64,000 nt of DNA, taken from positions 6,088-70,087 of the forward strand of contig CALZJE010000003.1 of the NCBI GenBank assembly GCA_945787715.1. The letters are read 5' to 3'. How positions within the stretch are numbered: the stretch's first letter is position 1; every line of letters begins with the position of its first letter. This DNA comes from an uncultured Ectothiorhodospiraceae bacterium (lineage in GTDB: Bacteria; Pseudomonadota; Gammaproteobacteria; S012-40). Under the pieces are notes generated by a model. It was not told the DNA's origin. It was given only the letters and a program-made list of their open reading frames with translations, and made no database searches. Made by a program: the position numbers and the translations under genes. Positions 1 through 14,082 of this stretch are shown one piece after another.

Positions 1-338
1 AAATTAACGTTGATAAAAATCTCATTAAACAATGTTTAATTCGTACATCTATACTTTCCAATGAAAAATACCGCGGTATCAAATTGGAAATTAATAGCGG
101 CTATTTAAGAGCTTCTGCAAACAATCCTGAGCAAGAAGAGGCAGAAGACGAAATCGAAATAGACTTTGATGGCGAAAAAGTAGAGATTGGATTTAACGTT
201 AACTATCTACTAGATGCCATTACAGCTATCGATTCTGAAATTGTCCAGCTAAATGTCACCGACTCAAACGGTAGTACCTTAATTAAAGCCGATGACAGCG
301 ACGATTGCTTGTATGTAGTTATGCCCATGCGCTTATAA
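1..338 (+). CDS. dnaN: DNA polymerase III beta sliding clamp, C-terminal part (5' end lies outside the window)
   Basis: Frame 3 is open from the window edge (..ILSNEKYRGIKLEINSGYLRASANNPEQEEAEDEIEIDF..LYVVMPMRL*). This is a typical clamp domain III tail, and recF and gyrB follow directly. Confidence 0.9.
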   Translation, partial: INVDKNLIKQCLIRTSILSNEKYRGIKLEINSGYLRASANNPEQEEAEDEIEIDFDGEKVEIGFNVNYLLDAITAIDSEIVQLNVTDSNGSTLIKADDSDDCLYVVMPMRL

Positions 339-356
339 CCTAGCGCATCATTGCCT

Positions 357-3852
<3,496 letters not shown>

Positions 3853-3863
3853 TCTTCAAATGT

Positions 3864-3893
3864 GGCGCTTCTAATGAGACTGTTAGAAGCGCC
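3864..3893. terminator. Hairpin between convergent gyrB and the 3901-4374 gene
   Basis: Perfect 11-bp inverted repeat GGCGCTTCTAA-N8-TTAGAAGCGCC, located 12 nt after the gyrB stop. Confidence 0.65.
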
Positions 3894-3900
3894 ATATTAT

Positions 3901-4374
3901 CTATAGTGTAGTCGGTTTAACGCTTTTTAATTTTCCCAGCAATTCTTTTAGCATCTTTTTTTCAATCTCTAAATCTTCCATTCTTTTGGATATCTCAACA
4001 ATACTAAGTTGCTGCTTTTGCTCATAATTTGATGTAGTGTCTTGATACCAATCAAGACTAAAATCATTGATGAGTTTCTCCTGGACAGCAGGATAATTTT
4101 TAATTTCTTGCGACCAAAATTCTACATCAGTGTTAATAATATCTAACACTGAAACTTTCAATAAATCCCAGTTACCAGCAGGATCTGAAAACTCATTGGC
4201 TAAGTTAGAAAATTCCCGTTGCCTTATCACTTGCGGCGTTGTTTTATCTTTTATTACTTCCACATATCTCTTAATTTCGAAAATCGAGTTATTAAGATTA
4301 ATAATTGCCTGATCAACAGCATAGGTATTTAATGATAGGCCAGCTAACAAAACTGTAAAAATTATTTTGTTCAT
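3901..4374 (-). CDS. Hypothetical secreted/periplasmic protein
   Basis: ORF 3901..4464. The internal start MNKIIFTVLLAGLSLNTYA|VDQ gives a clean Sec signal peptide, and the longer start would run through the fbp terminator hairpin. I recognised no family motif. Confidence 0.5.
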   Translation of the reverse strand: MNKIIFTVLLAGLSLNTYAVDQAIINLNNSIFEIKRYVEVIKDKTTPQVIRQREFSNLANEFSDPAGNWDLLKVSVLDIINTDVEFWSQEIKNYPAVQEKLINDFSLDWYQDTTSNYEQKQQLSIVEISKRMEDLEIEKKMLKELLGKLKSVKPTTL

Positions 4375-4390
4375 ATATATTTCCAACATA

Positions 4391-4422
4391 AAAAAACCCG
4401 GATAAAGTATATCCGGGTTTTT
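4391..4422 (-). terminator. Rho-independent terminator after fbp
   Basis: On the minus strand: AAAAACCCGGAT-ATACTTT-ATCCGGGTTTTTTT, starting about 20 nt after the fbp stop. Confidence 0.75.
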
Positions 4423-4441
4423 AGACTTAAGCTGTTTAAGA

Positions 4442-5446
4442 TTACTCTTTATGGTATGAAACAACTCTTTCTACTTCGTTCTTAGACCCAAGTATTACAG
4501 GCACTCGTTGGTGGATAGCATTCGGCTCGATATCCATAATTCTTTCTCTACCTGTAGAACTCACTCCACCAGCTTGCTCTACGATAAAAGACATTGGGTT
4601 AGCTTCATACATCAAACGCAGTTTACCCGCCTTGGCTGGATCTTTTGTATCGAATGGATACATGAATATCCCACCACGAGTTAAAATTCTGTAAACTTCA
4701 CCAACCATAGATGCAACCCAACGCATGTTGAAGTTCTTGTCACGCGCTCCTGTAACACCATCAATACACTCTTGAACATAACGTTGAACTGGCGCTTCCC
4801 AAAAACGTTGGTTAGACATGTTAACCGCAAACTCAGCTGTGTCTTCAGGGATTGTGATATCCTTGTGAGTAAGTTTGAACTCACCCGTTCCTGGATCAAG
4901 CGTGAAACCTTGCACACCGTTTCCAGTCGTCAAAATCATTAATGTAGATGGTCCGTATAGAGTGAAACCAGCACAAACTTGTTTGTTACCATCTAGCAAG
5001 TAGTCATTTAACTTTGGATCTGTAACGCCTTCCGGGCATTTAACAATTGAAAATATAGAGCCAACAGTAATGTTCACATCGATATTTGATGATCCATCTA
5101 GTGGATCAAAATACATTAGGTATGGGCCTCGAGGATACTCAGCAGGAATGCTATAAACATCTTCTTCTTCTTCCGATGCCATTCCAGCTAGGTTTCCACT
5201 TCCTTCTGTACAACGGATAAACATCTCGTTAGACATAATGTCTAATTTCTTTTGAGTTTCACCTTGTACGTTTTCACTTTCCGCTGAACCTAGAACGCCA
5301 TAAAGCGCTCCATGGTTTATTGCATCGTGTATTTCTTTACATGCTGAAGCAACATCATCAAGTAAATCAATAAGATGTGCATCAACTGCCTCACCAGCGC
5401 GTTGCGCGTTTACAAGGTGTCTTTTTAGCGTAATGGCGTTTTCCAT
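4442..5446 (-). CDS. fbp: Fructose-1,6-bisphosphatase, class 1
   Basis: 334 aa. N-terminus TLKRHLV.., motifs [11 protein letters not shown] and [21 protein letters not shown] are typical class I FBPase. Confidence 0.93.
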   Translation of the reverse strand: MENAITLKRHLVNAQRAGEAVDAHLIDLLDDVASACKEIHDAINHGALYGVLGSAESENVQGETQKKLDIMSNEMFIRCTEGSGNLAGMASEEEEDVYSIPAEYPRGPYLMYFDPLDGSSNIDVNITVGSIFSIVKCPEGVTDPKLNDYLLDGNKQVCAGFTLYGPSTLMILTTGNGVQGFTLDPGTGEFKLTHKDITIPEDTAEFAVNMSNQRFWEAPVQRYVQECIDGVTGARDKNFNMRWVASMVGEVYRILTRGGIFMYPFDTKDPAKAGKLRLMYEANPMSFIVEQAGGVSSTGRERIMDIEPNAIHQRVPVILGSKNEVERVVSYHKE

Positions 5447-5535
5447 TGTATTTCCTTAATTTTTAACAAAAGTCTTTTTTCTGCGGCGAATGATAGCAAA
5501 CTAATGCTCTAATTTCATTGTGTATGAATTGATAA

Positions 5536-6246
5536 TTAGAGAGTTGTTATTTTAGCCATCTCTTCTTCAATTTGGAATTCAACCAAATCATTTAGCTCGG
5601 TGGTAGTTTTTCCTATTGGATCAATCGCAGGAAGGATGGAAATGGTAATCGTACCAGGCTTCTTTAACATACTATGTTTTGGCCAAAACTCCCCAGCATT
5701 ATGCGCTACTGGTACAACTAATTGTCCAGTACTTACCGCGAGCCTCGCACCACCAGCTTTATACTTACCTCTTTTACCGGGAGTAATACGTGTTCCTTCT
5801 GGAAATAACACAACCCATCTTCCGTTTTTTAATCGGTTATCACCTTGTTCTATAATCTGCTCCATCGCCTTTTTCTTTGCTGATCTATCGATGGCAATAG
5901 GTTCTAACATTGCTAGTCCCCAGCCGAAAAAAGGAACACGTAATAACGCTTTTTTTAATACCCAGATCTGTTGTGGAAAAATAACTTGTAAAGCAAAAGT
6001 TTCCCATGTCGATTGATGTTTGCATAAGATGATGGATGCTTTAGCTGGAATATTTTCTTTTCCCTTTACTTTAAAGTCTAAATTACACACCTTTTTTAAA
6101 CACCAGATATTAAACCGTGCCCATTGTCGAATAAATGCATATCTCTTTTCGTAGGGAAGTGGAAAGGTCAATAACGAAGGAATTGAATACAATATAGCCG
6201 TTGTTACCATTATAAAAAAATATATATACGATTTTAATTTTTGCAT
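5536..6246 (-). CDS. plsC: 1-acyl-sn-glycerol-3-phosphate (lysophospholipid) acyltransferase
   Basis: N-terminal transmembrane segment, acyltransferase block I CKHQSTWETF (an HX4-type motif) and block III FPEGTR. Confidence 0.8.
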   Translation of the reverse strand: MQKLKSYIYFFIMVTTAILYSIPSLLTFPLPYEKRYAFIRQWARFNIWCLKKVCNLDFKVKGKENIPAKASIILCKHQSTWETFALQVIFPQQIWVLKKALLRVPFFGWGLAMLEPIAIDRSAKKKAMEQIIEQGDNRLKNGRWVVLFPEGTRITPGKRGKYKAGGARLAVSTGQLVVPVAHNAGEFWPKHSMLKKPGTITISILPAIDPIGKTTTELNDLVEFQIEEEMAKITTL

Positions 6247-6355
6247 TCTAAGTTCTAAATTGAAATTGAAGGGAGCAGCTATTATGCAAAGATAATAACT
6301 AAATTCAACCTTGTTGATTATTCACGAGAATAGTATTTTCCAATACAAAATGTAT

Positions 6356-6907
6356 TTAGCCGACACTACAGACATATTCTACCGCGTCCAATAGATTATT
6401 CTTGATTGGGATATTATGTGCTTTGAGCTCTGTTGCCTTTTCCGCGAGTGTCTTCTTGCCTTTCCCTGTCAGAACTAATATTGGTTTCACTGAGACTTTA
6501 ATTCCTGCTTCCAAATCTCTGTATGAATCACCAATGGTGTAAACACCACACAGTGATGTTTGATAATATTCTGCCATTTTAGTAAACAGACCAGAATTTG
6601 GTTTTCTACAACTACAATTATCATCTGGTCCATGGGGACAATAAATTATTGCGCTAATTTTCCCGCCTTGTTCGGCGCATAGCTGCCTGAGTTTATTATG
6701 CATTTCATTGAGTGTCTGATGACTATAATAACCGCGAGATATGCCTGATTGATTCGTCGCTACGATGATTTTAAAACCGTGTGATGTTAATCTTGCAATA
6801 GCTTCAATAGAACCTTCTTCAGGCTGCCACTCGTCTACTGTTTTTATGTAGTTATCTGAATCTAAATTTATTACGCCATCCCTATCTAATACGATTAACT
6901 TTTCCAA
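6356..6907 (-). CDS. gmhB: D-glycero-D-manno-heptose 1,7-bisphosphate phosphatase (HAD-IIIA)
   Basis: LDRDGVIN HAD motif I, VATNQSGI motif II, a Cys-rich zinc loop CPHGPDDNCSCRKP, and GDSYRD motif IV. Confidence 0.85.
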   Translation of the reverse strand: MEKLIVLDRDGVINLDSDNYIKTVDEWQPEEGSIEAIARLTSHGFKIIVATNQSGISRGYYSHQTLNEMHNKLRQLCAEQGGKISAIIYCPHGPDDNCSCRKPNSGLFTKMAEYYQTSLCGVYTIGDSYRDLEAGIKVSVKPILVLTGKGKKTLAEKATELKAHNIPIKNNLLDAVEYVCSVG

Positions 6908-8035
6908 CGTTTCTTTTTCCTAGTCTCGTCACTAATAAAATAATAAATAAATACAGGGACCGTTCACCAAATTTCAGCGAACTTTTTTCAGTTACGCTTC
7001 TAATGTCATTTTTCGTTGAATCTTTGAGTGTTGTGAGATACATCCCTGAGAGATTGTTCCAAATATGCTTTATTACATATATTTTTCCAAATTCATCCAG
7101 AGATATAGATGTTGGATGAATGGGAGGAAATCGATTATCAGTGCCGCCTTCATCTGAAAGAAATATTTTACGCAACCCACTACTAGTTTCCTGAGTTGTA
7201 TCTGACGCATTTAATACAGCAATGTAGCCGTTCTCTATCTCTGAAGTGGTTTCTTCATTCACGATATAGCTTAAGCTAACAAGTAATTCATTCTTTTCTT
7301 GGTGATATAAAATATCGCTAGGTGCAGAATCATTTGGAAATTGATGATTTCCAATTTTAACGAGTGCTGCACTTTCTGGAGTTTCATAATTATCCACTTC
7401 TAATAAAACTAACTCAGAGGCAGCCTTGCCCCGATTTACCACAAAGAGTTTGTTTTCATCAGCTAAATAAACACCCGTTGCAGTCTCTTTCCCCAAACCC
7501 AGACTAATGCTTGCGACTTCAATATTTGTTGGAGATTCTAAACTGACGAGTGAAATACCATCAACTCCATTATCATTTGTACCTATGACAAAAAGATATT
7601 GTTCATCTTCGGAGAGTACAAGACTGGTGCCACAAGGACGCTAACACCTCTATCATGAGTAACAAATAATTTGCTTTCATCATTTGTAAAAACCATACCT
7701 CTCGCAAAACTACCTGGAATTTCTGGTGAGCCAATTAGTGAATTATTTGAGGTATCGATGATATTCAGGTAGGATTTTTCATCCCCATCCTCTTCCAGTT
7801 CTGTGGTAACAAAAACGGTATCGCCAGTTTTGTTGATTAACACATCTCTTGGATTACCAAACAATTCAATCGATTCAACATAGACACTATAACTTGCATT
7901 GACTACATGTAACTGACCATGTTTGTTATCATCACCGACATGGTCTGGTACATAGGCAAAAACGTCTGCTTTTGTATAAGGGGTTAAAATGATCAAGCCG
8001 ATAAATAATAAAAAGATTTGTGAGTGTTTTGTCAT
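6882..8035 (-). pseudogene. Frameshifted secreted beta-propeller (YVTN/lactonase-like repeat) protein
   Basis: ORF 7583..8035 has a signal peptide (MTKHSQIFLLFIGLIILTPYTKA) and ends ..LFVTHDRGVSVLVAPVLYSPKMNNIFLS*. The +1 frame is open from 7640 and reads ..GTSLVLSEDEQYLFVIGTNDNGVDGISLV.., continuing into ORF 6882..7496. Blade-like units of the type 'x-D-x-x-LFV-x-N/H' occur on both sides of the break. A single indel near 7620-7645 would join the two ORFs. Confidence 0.55.
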
Positions 8036-8150
8036 AAAATTACACTAATGATTTAATTTGGGAGATATTATTTTTATCTCGGCTTCTGAGACGTAAATAT
8101 TATCTTTTTTAAAAGCGGTATATACGAATTTATAAAATAGAATTCGTCAG

Positions 8151-8594
8151 TTATCGATGAATCACATATTTACCAGAAAAACTTACGGCAATTTGGTTTT
8201 CATTTTTAATTTCGACATCCAATAATATGCGTGATCTCCCTCTTTTTTGAAAAGTTGAGATAAATTTTTCGACCACTTCCTTAGATGGCATTTTGCACTT
8301 ACCGATTATATCTGACTGTATTGCCATACTATAATCTATTTCACTATGCTGAATGACCACATGTGCTTTTATATTCTTTCTTAATAAAATCCCATATACC
8401 ATAGCCCAACCTGTGAGCACGGACACATTGTATAAACTACCACCAAATGCAGTCTTCTTATGATTTATATTGGGAGCTAATGGAGCTTTTACAACTATCT
8501 CATCATCGTTAAAACTCTCGATGCTTATCCCCATCTGGGTACTGAGTGGAATTTCAGTATGAATTATTTCTTCGATTATTTTATGTAATTGCAT
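8151..8594 (-). CDS. Hotdog-fold thioesterase, YiiD C-terminal-domain like
   Basis: 147 aa. IPLSTQMGISIESFNDDEIVVKAPLAPNINHKKTAFGGSLYNVSVLTGW resembles the yiiD_Cterm putative thioesterase family. Assigned from memory of the family pattern only. Confidence 0.55.
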   Translation of the reverse strand: MQLHKIIEEIIHTEIPLSTQMGISIESFNDDEIVVKAPLAPNINHKKTAFGGSLYNVSVLTGWAMVYGILLRKNIKAHVVIQHSEIDYSMAIQSDIIGKCKMPSKEVVEKFISTFQKRGRSRILLDVEIKNENQIAVSFSGKYVIHR

Positions 8595-8608
8595 TTTTAG
8601 GCTTATGT

Positions 8609-8905
8609 TTAACTATTGGATATTTCACGAAGCTCTTCTGTTTGCATTGGCTGTACAAAGTAATAACCTCGATAATAATGACAACTATATTCTTTTAAGA
8701 ATTCATGTTGTTCGAAAGTTTCAAAACCCTCAGCAACCACGCTCAAACCCAAGTGATGAGATATTTAAATGATAGTATCAACAATCACTTAACCTTTTCC
8801 AAAATCATCTGTCACAATTAAGACTTGAGGATATAGCTGAACGATGAACTAATTTTTCTTTAATGCATTTCGTAACTGATTTTGTAAACCCTGTTCAAGA
8901 AACCT
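8609..8905 (-). pseudogene. Degraded EAL-domain (c-di-GMP phosphodiesterase) remnant
   Basis: A single minus-strand frame reads RFLEQGLQNQLRNALKKN*FIVQLYPQVLIVTDDFGKG*VIVDTII*ISHHLGLSVVAEGFETFEQHEFLKEYSCHYYRGYYFVQPMQTEELREISNS*. EAL landmarks are present (LxxxLRxAL..YQP-like, DDFGxG, IVxxII.LAHxLGLxVVAEGVE, QGY-like), but the domain is compressed to about 100 codons and carries 3 in-frame stops. Confidence 0.6.
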
Positions 8906-9092
8906 TTAATGTCACAATATTTTGTGGAGATAAAAAAATTATTATATAAATGGTTAATGTTTTGACAGAATTACTTAAAAAAGATCCATACTCTTTTCAG
9001 TAGTTGCGTGACAATTCAGAAATACTTACAAAATACCGAAACTATTTCTGACCACATTAAATTCAATATTGAATAATAACTAATCAAATATT

Positions 9093-9860
9093 ATGCTAAA
9101 AACTCGAACAATTGTAATGATACTTTCTTTTTTTATGTCTGAAGCTAACGCCATAGTTAATATGGATAACCTCCATTTAAACTCAAATAAGGGAGGAATT
9201 TCAGGGAATTTCAATCTAAATTCATCTGGTGCATATGGGAATAGTGAACAATTTCTTATTGAAAGTGGAGCTGATTTCTATGCCAAACAATCTCAGTCAC
9301 TTCAATATTTAACACTAAACTATAGCTACGGTGAAAGTTTCTCCAAAGAAAATCAAAACAAATCCTATGTTCATCTTCGTCATATCAACAATGTAGACAG
9401 CAGCTCAACTTGGGAAATATTTACCCAAATTGAACAAAACAAATTTGCTCGATTAAACTTTAGAGGTTTAGTTGGTGGAGGCTATCGATGGAGTTTTTTA
9501 AAACATTCTAAACATAGCTCATCAATCATCGGTGTTGGTGCTTACTTTAGTGAGGAATATTTAACCCACTCTAGTGACATTAGTGAAGAAAGAAGCCTGC
9601 AATTGTTTCGAGGTAACTTCTATTGGATTTTTCGCACTAACATCTTAGAGAACATTACATTATTTAACACCACATACTATCAACCTGATCTCGAAAACCC
9701 TGATGATTACCGAGTTTTGGAAATAGCCGGGATCAAAATACCTTTATCAAAAAATTTGAGATTGAATTTATATGGGGAAGGAACTTTCGATAGCAAACCA
9801 CCAGCTAATGTAAAAAAAGGTGATTTGTCATATAAGACTGGAATTGAGTATAAGTTCTAA
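9093..9860 (+). CDS. Outer-membrane beta-barrel protein, DUF481/YdiY-like
   Basis: Signal peptide MLKTRTIVMILSFFMSEANA, alternating beta-strand pattern, C-terminal ..DLSYKTGIEYKF ending in Phe. The overall pattern matches DUF481. Confidence 0.65.
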   Translation: MLKTRTIVMILSFFMSEANAIVNMDNLHLNSNKGGISGNFNLNSSGAYGNSEQFLIESGADFYAKQSQSLQYLTLNYSYGESFSKENQNKSYVHLRHINNVDSSSTWEIFTQIEQNKFARLNFRGLVGGGYRWSFLKHSKHSSSIIGVGAYFSEEYLTHSSDISEERSLQLFRGNFYWIFRTNILENITLFNTTYYQPDLENPDDYRVLEIAGIKIPLSKNLRLNLYGEGTFDSKPPANVKKGDLSYKTGIEYKF

Positions 9861-9909
9861 AACTTAGAGACATATGCTAATACAAATGTCTCATCTACAT
9901 AGTGAAATC

Positions 9910-11973
9910 CTAAGATAACTTGGATATATCAGCAATTCGAGAAAATTGTTGATAGAGTTTTGAAAGCATCGCCAAACGATTATTTCTCACAGCTTTGTTA
10001 TCCGTCATTACCATCACGTGATCAAAAAAATCATCTATTGATTCTTTAAGTTGAGACAACAACTTCAGCGCTTGATCATAATCTTGCTTTTCAACGAGTG
10101 AATTTACATCAGACTCTAGCTCAGTTAATCGAGAATAGAGAATATTTTCTTGTTCTCCTTCAAAAAGATCAACATTAACATCTGAAGGCAACTCTTCTTT
10201 ATTTTTACGCAATATATTACTAATTCTTTTATTCGCTGCGGCTAACGCTTCTGATTCTGGTGATTTTTCAAACAACGCTACCGAATTCATGCGCGCATCA
10301 AAGTTTGCAGGTATTGTTGGCCGTGCTGCTAAAACTGCTTCGAATACTTGTGGTCGATACCCTTGCTCGTGATAGTAACCTTTCAAGCGATCCATCATAA
10401 ACTCATAAACTACGCCAACAACTTCATTATTCTTCAACGAATATTGTTTCGCTACGATTGTTAGAAGCTTATCAAGATCAAGTAGCAATGACTTTTCAAT
10501 CATTATTCGCAATATTCCCAATGTCGCCCGTCTTAATGCAAATGGATCTTTATCACCAGTGGGGATTAGGCCAATAGAAAAAATTCCAACAAGCGTATCT
10601 AATTTATCCGCCAGAGAGACAATTTGCCCAACTTTTGATGGTGGCAAACTATCACCAGCAAAGCGAGGCATGTAGTGCTCTAAAATAGCTTCCGCAACCT
10701 CTGCATCTTCTTTATCGTGAAGTGCGTAATAGCGGCCCATTATTCCCTGTAATTCCGGGAATTCACCAACCATTTCTGTCATCAAATCACACTTTGAAAG
10801 TTCTGCAGCACGCACAACGTGTTTTTTATCGACGCCAAGCTGCTTAGCAATTGCTTCAGCAAGCCCCATCACCCGAGTCGTTTTGTCGTATAGCGTTCCT
10901 AATTTGTTCTGGAAAACAACTGTCTTTAATTTTTGTAATTCAGTATTGAGCGGTGTTTTTCTATCCGTATTCCAGAAAAAATCTGCATCACTTAACCGAG
11001 GATGAATAACTCGTTCATTACCCTGTTTAACGGTATCAGGATTTTTACTGTCAATATTTGAAACAGTGATAAAACACGGCAGCAATTCATCATCTTTAAT
11101 CACATGAAAATATTTTTGATGACTTTTCATCGCTGAAACCAAAGCTTCCGAAGGAATTTCTAAAAATTTCTCATCAAAATTTCCTAAAATTGCTTTTGGC
11201 CATTCCACAAGCCCTGTGACTTCATTGAGTAATGCTTCATCAATAACCGCTAAACCATTTACTTTGAGAGCAGCTTGTTCTACTTGCGCTTTAATGGCTG
11301 CTTTTCGTTTTTCAAAATTGGCTAGCACGTGACCATTAAGTTCCAACAACGATTCATAATCTGATGGATTCGGTAATTCGATCGGTTCAGGATAGTGGAA
11401 TCGATGTCCTTTGGTTGTTCTTCCCGCTTTTAATCCGAGTACTGAACAATCGACCACGTCGCTACCGAGCAACATCACTAACCAATGAACTGGTCTTACG
11501 AATTGAGTCTGGCTGTCTCCCCAACGCATGCGCTTTGGTATAGGCAATTTAGCCAGAGCTTCTTCCACCATTGACGGAAGAAGTTCTCTTGTCTCTTCAC
11601 CTTTCACAGTGCTTCTGAAAACTAGCCAGGCCCCTTTATCGGTATCTGCTTTTTCCAATTCGTCTACTGAAACGCCACATGAGCGAGCAAATCCTACTGC
11701 AGCAGGTGTAGGGCAACCGTCCTCTTTAAACGCAGCACTCACTGCAGGGCCTCTTCGTTCAACTTCTTTGTTTTCTTGTTTTAACAAAATAGAAGATATT
11801 TTCACCGCCAATCGCCTTGGGGATGCAAAATTTTCTACTTCACCAAAAGTAACACCAGCCTTTTCCAGACTTTCAACGAGATTGTCAGAAAATGTTTTTG
11901 ATAACTTCTCTAATGCTTTTGGTGGAAGTTCTTCGGTCCCCAATTCAACAAGAAAATCTGCTGTATTTGACAT
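9910..11973 (-). CDS. glyS: Glycine--tRNA ligase beta subunit
   Basis: 687 aa. N-terminus DFLVELGTEELPPKAL and SPRRLAV. The start overlaps the glyQ stop (TAATG). Confidence 0.95.
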   Translation of the reverse strand: MSNTADFLVELGTEELPPKALEKLSKTFSDNLVESLEKAGVTFGEVENFASPRRLAVKISSILLKQENKEVERRGPAVSAAFKEDGCPTPAAVGFARSCGVSVDELEKADTDKGAWLVFRSTVKGEETRELLPSMVEEALAKLPIPKRMRWGDSQTQFVRPVHWLVMLLGSDVVDCSVLGLKAGRTTKGHRFHYPEPIELPNPSDYESLLELNGHVLANFEKRKAAIKAQVEQAALKVNGLAVIDEALLNEVTGLVEWPKAILGNFDEKFLEIPSEALVSAMKSHQKYFHVIKDDELLPCFITVSNIDSKNPDTVKQGNERVIHPRLSDADFFWNTDRKTPLNTELQKLKTVVFQNKLGTLYDKTTRVMGLAEAIAKQLGVDKKHVVRAAELSKCDLMTEMVGEFPELQGIMGRYYALHDKEDAEVAEAILEHYMPRFAGDSLPPSKVGQIVSLADKLDTLVGIFSIGLIPTGDKDPFALRRATLGILRIMIEKSLLLDLDKLLTIVAKQYSLKNNEVVGVVYEFMMDRLKGYYHEQGYRPQVFEAVLAARPTIPANFDARMNSVALFEKSPESEALAAANKRISNILRKNKEELPSDVNVDLFEGEQENILYSRLTELESDVNSLVEKQDYDQALKLLSQLKESIDDFFDHVMVMTDNKAVRNNRLAMLSKLYQQFSRIADISKLS

Positions 11974-12902
11974 TATTTAGCCTCCCCAATGTTTTTATTG
12001 AGCATAGGGAAACCCAAATTTTCTCGACAATCGTAATAAGAGTGAGCAACTGCTTTAGACAAATTTCTTACACGACCAATAAATCTTGCACGTTCTGTCA
12101 CCGATATCGCGTGACGTGCATCTAGCAAATTAAAGGTGTGTGATGCCTTTAAAACCATTTCGTAGGCAGGTAACGGCAAATTCAATTCAATGAGTCGATT
12201 ACCTTCTTTTTCATAAAAATCAAATAGTGTAAATAACGTATCTACAGGGGCATGTTCAAAATTGTAGGTAGACATCTCAACTTCGTTTTGATGAAAAACA
12301 TCGCCATAAGTGACTTTACCTTGTGGACCATTTGCCCAGGTTAGATCATACACACTAGAGACCCCTTGTATGTACATTGCGAGTCTTTCTAGACCATAGG
12401 TAATTTCACCGGTTACCGGTTTGCAATCTAAGCCGCCCACTTGTTGAAAATAGGTAAATTGCGTGACTTCCATGCCATTCAACCAAACTTCCCAACCTAA
12501 CCCCCAGGCACCAAGAGTTGGAGATTCCCAGTCATCTTCTACAAATCGAATGTCATGTTCTAGGGTGTCAAAACCAAGCATTTTCAATGAATCTAGATAC
12601 AATTCTTGAATATTATCGGGAGATGGCTTCAATATTACCTGAAATTGGTAGTAATGTTGTAAGCGATTTGGGTTTTCCCCATAACGCCCATCAGTTGGTC
12701 TTCGCGACGGCTGAACATATGCTGCATTCCATGGTTCAGGGCCAATTGAACGTAAAAAAGTCGCAGGATGAAACGTACCTGCGCCTACCTCTATGTCAAG
12801 TGGCTGAATAATCACACAGCCTTGATCTGCCCAATAGTGCTGTAGAGCAAGAATTAGCCCCTGAAAGGTTGAAATATCAACATTAGCATCCGAAATTTGC
12901 AT
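11973..12902 (-). CDS. glyQ: Glycine--tRNA ligase alpha subunit
   Basis: 309 aa. [39 protein letters not shown] is highly conserved GlyQ sequence. Confidence 0.96.
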   Translation of the reverse strand: MQISDANVDISTFQGLILALQHYWADQGCVIIQPLDIEVGAGTFHPATFLRSIGPEPWNAAYVQPSRRPTDGRYGENPNRLQHYYQFQVILKPSPDNIQELYLDSLKMLGFDTLEHDIRFVEDDWESPTLGAWGLGWEVWLNGMEVTQFTYFQQVGGLDCKPVTGEITYGLERLAMYIQGVSSVYDLTWANGPQGKVTYGDVFHQNEVEMSTYNFEHAPVDTLFTLFDFYEKEGNRLIELNLPLPAYEMVLKASHTFNLLDARHAISVTERARFIGRVRNLSKAVAHSYYDCRENLGFPMLNKNIGEAK

Positions 12903-13128
12903 ATTGTTAGTGTGTTTCGCGAAAAAAGCGTAAGTATACCGATGCCACCCTGCAAAAACTATCTTTGCTGCCTATATCTCACAGGATATTTCATGAAAGT
13001 TATAACAGAGAACTAAAAAGCAGCATTTGCTTAAATCTCCTTTTAATCAAAATGGATAATCAGATCGTAAAGTATGTGTTTATTTGAGCCGATTAACTAA
13101 ACAGACCATTTAAAGAGAATATATCAAT

Positions 13129-13701
13129 ATGTCTCAAATCATTATCGATTCAAGTAGTACAGAACAATGGCAAAAGTTGGTTCATGAAGCAGAATCTTTA
13201 TGTGAATTTCAATTAGACGAAGAGTTAGAAAGCTATTTGGTATTTTTATTAATGCGCTTTTTAGGTCGTTCGGACTTTACTTCTCGAATAATGGCGATGG
13301 ATTATCTTCATAGCCTAATCCAAACCGGTCAATTACAACAGGAAAGCTTAAGAGATGTGGGGGATCACTGTTTACTGTTTTCTGGTCTATTCCCAAAAAT
13401 AGCAGAGAGACGAAGTGTGAAAATTAGCTACTACGTTGGGATTGGCAAAAGTGCGTATAGCCACTTGGCTGATACCTGCAAAGAAAGTTTAGGAACTTTT
13501 TACCGCCAGTTAGCTGATGCTTTTGTGCAACTAATGGATATTCTTCAAGTAATTGGCAATATGCGAAACAACGCAGAAGTTCTTTCGCCATTAGAAGCAC
13601 TAGAATTATGGGGAGATACTCAAAGTAAACAAGCACTTAGATCCATCCGAAGCTTTTCAAAGGGAACACCAATAATTCATTCGCAATCCACAAAGCATTA
13701 A
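13129..13701 (+). CDS. Hypothetical protein
   Basis: 190-aa ORF with coding-like composition and no overlap with other genes. I recognised no motif. Confidence 0.45.
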   Translation: MSQIIIDSSSTEQWQKLVHEAESLCEFQLDEELESYLVFLLMRFLGRSDFTSRIMAMDYLHSLIQTGQLQQESLRDVGDHCLLFSGLFPKIAERRSVKISYYVGIGKSAYSHLADTCKESLGTFYRQLADAFVQLMDILQVIGNMRNNAEVLSPLEALELWGDTQSKQALRSIRSFSKGTPIIHSQSTKH

Positions 13702-13822
13702 ATAATATTTTCGGCATAAATAATGTATTTATTACAGTAAGCAGCTTTAGCTATCTTTAGTTTCGTGATTTGATAATTAACCCAGCCGAATTAAATTCGA
13801 AGTCTTTCTTTTCTTTTCCCAC

Positions 13823-14082
13823 AGTTATCCACTTCCTCTAATAAATAATATATCTATATATAAAAACTTATTGTTATTATTGGTTCAATCATTTTTGTGG
13901 TTAAGTTTCGATTTAGTTATATTTTTCATCATCTTACTGAGAGTTTTTTGTATTAACAAATTGTATAAATATACTTAACTAAGCTGTGGGTAACTTGTTC
14001 ACAAAAAGCGTTATTTTCCGTTCCGATTTTCTATTAACAAGTTATCAACAGTCTATTCCAATTTTATACACGTGTTTTTAAG
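13823..14082. repeat. DnaA-box module copy A
   Basis: Aligns along its length with 14462-14724. Examples: ATATATCTATATATAAAAAcTT.. against ..aTT.., and TAAGCTGTGGgTAACTTGTTcACAAA against TAAGCTGTGGaTAACTTGTTtACAAA. Both copies end in ..TTATACACG.GT..TTTAAG. Confidence 0.7.

Noticed and set aside
11528-11980. 150-aa ORF antisense to glyS. Similar nested antisense ORFs occur at 737-931, 1558-1746, 5600-6016, 33980-34402, 39019-39309, 46096-46443 and 58602-59030.
   Set aside because: Each lies wholly inside a strongly supported conserved gene on the other strand. Their composition is odd and Ser/Pro/Cys-rich, they have no RBS and no motifs. These are typical shadow ORFs.
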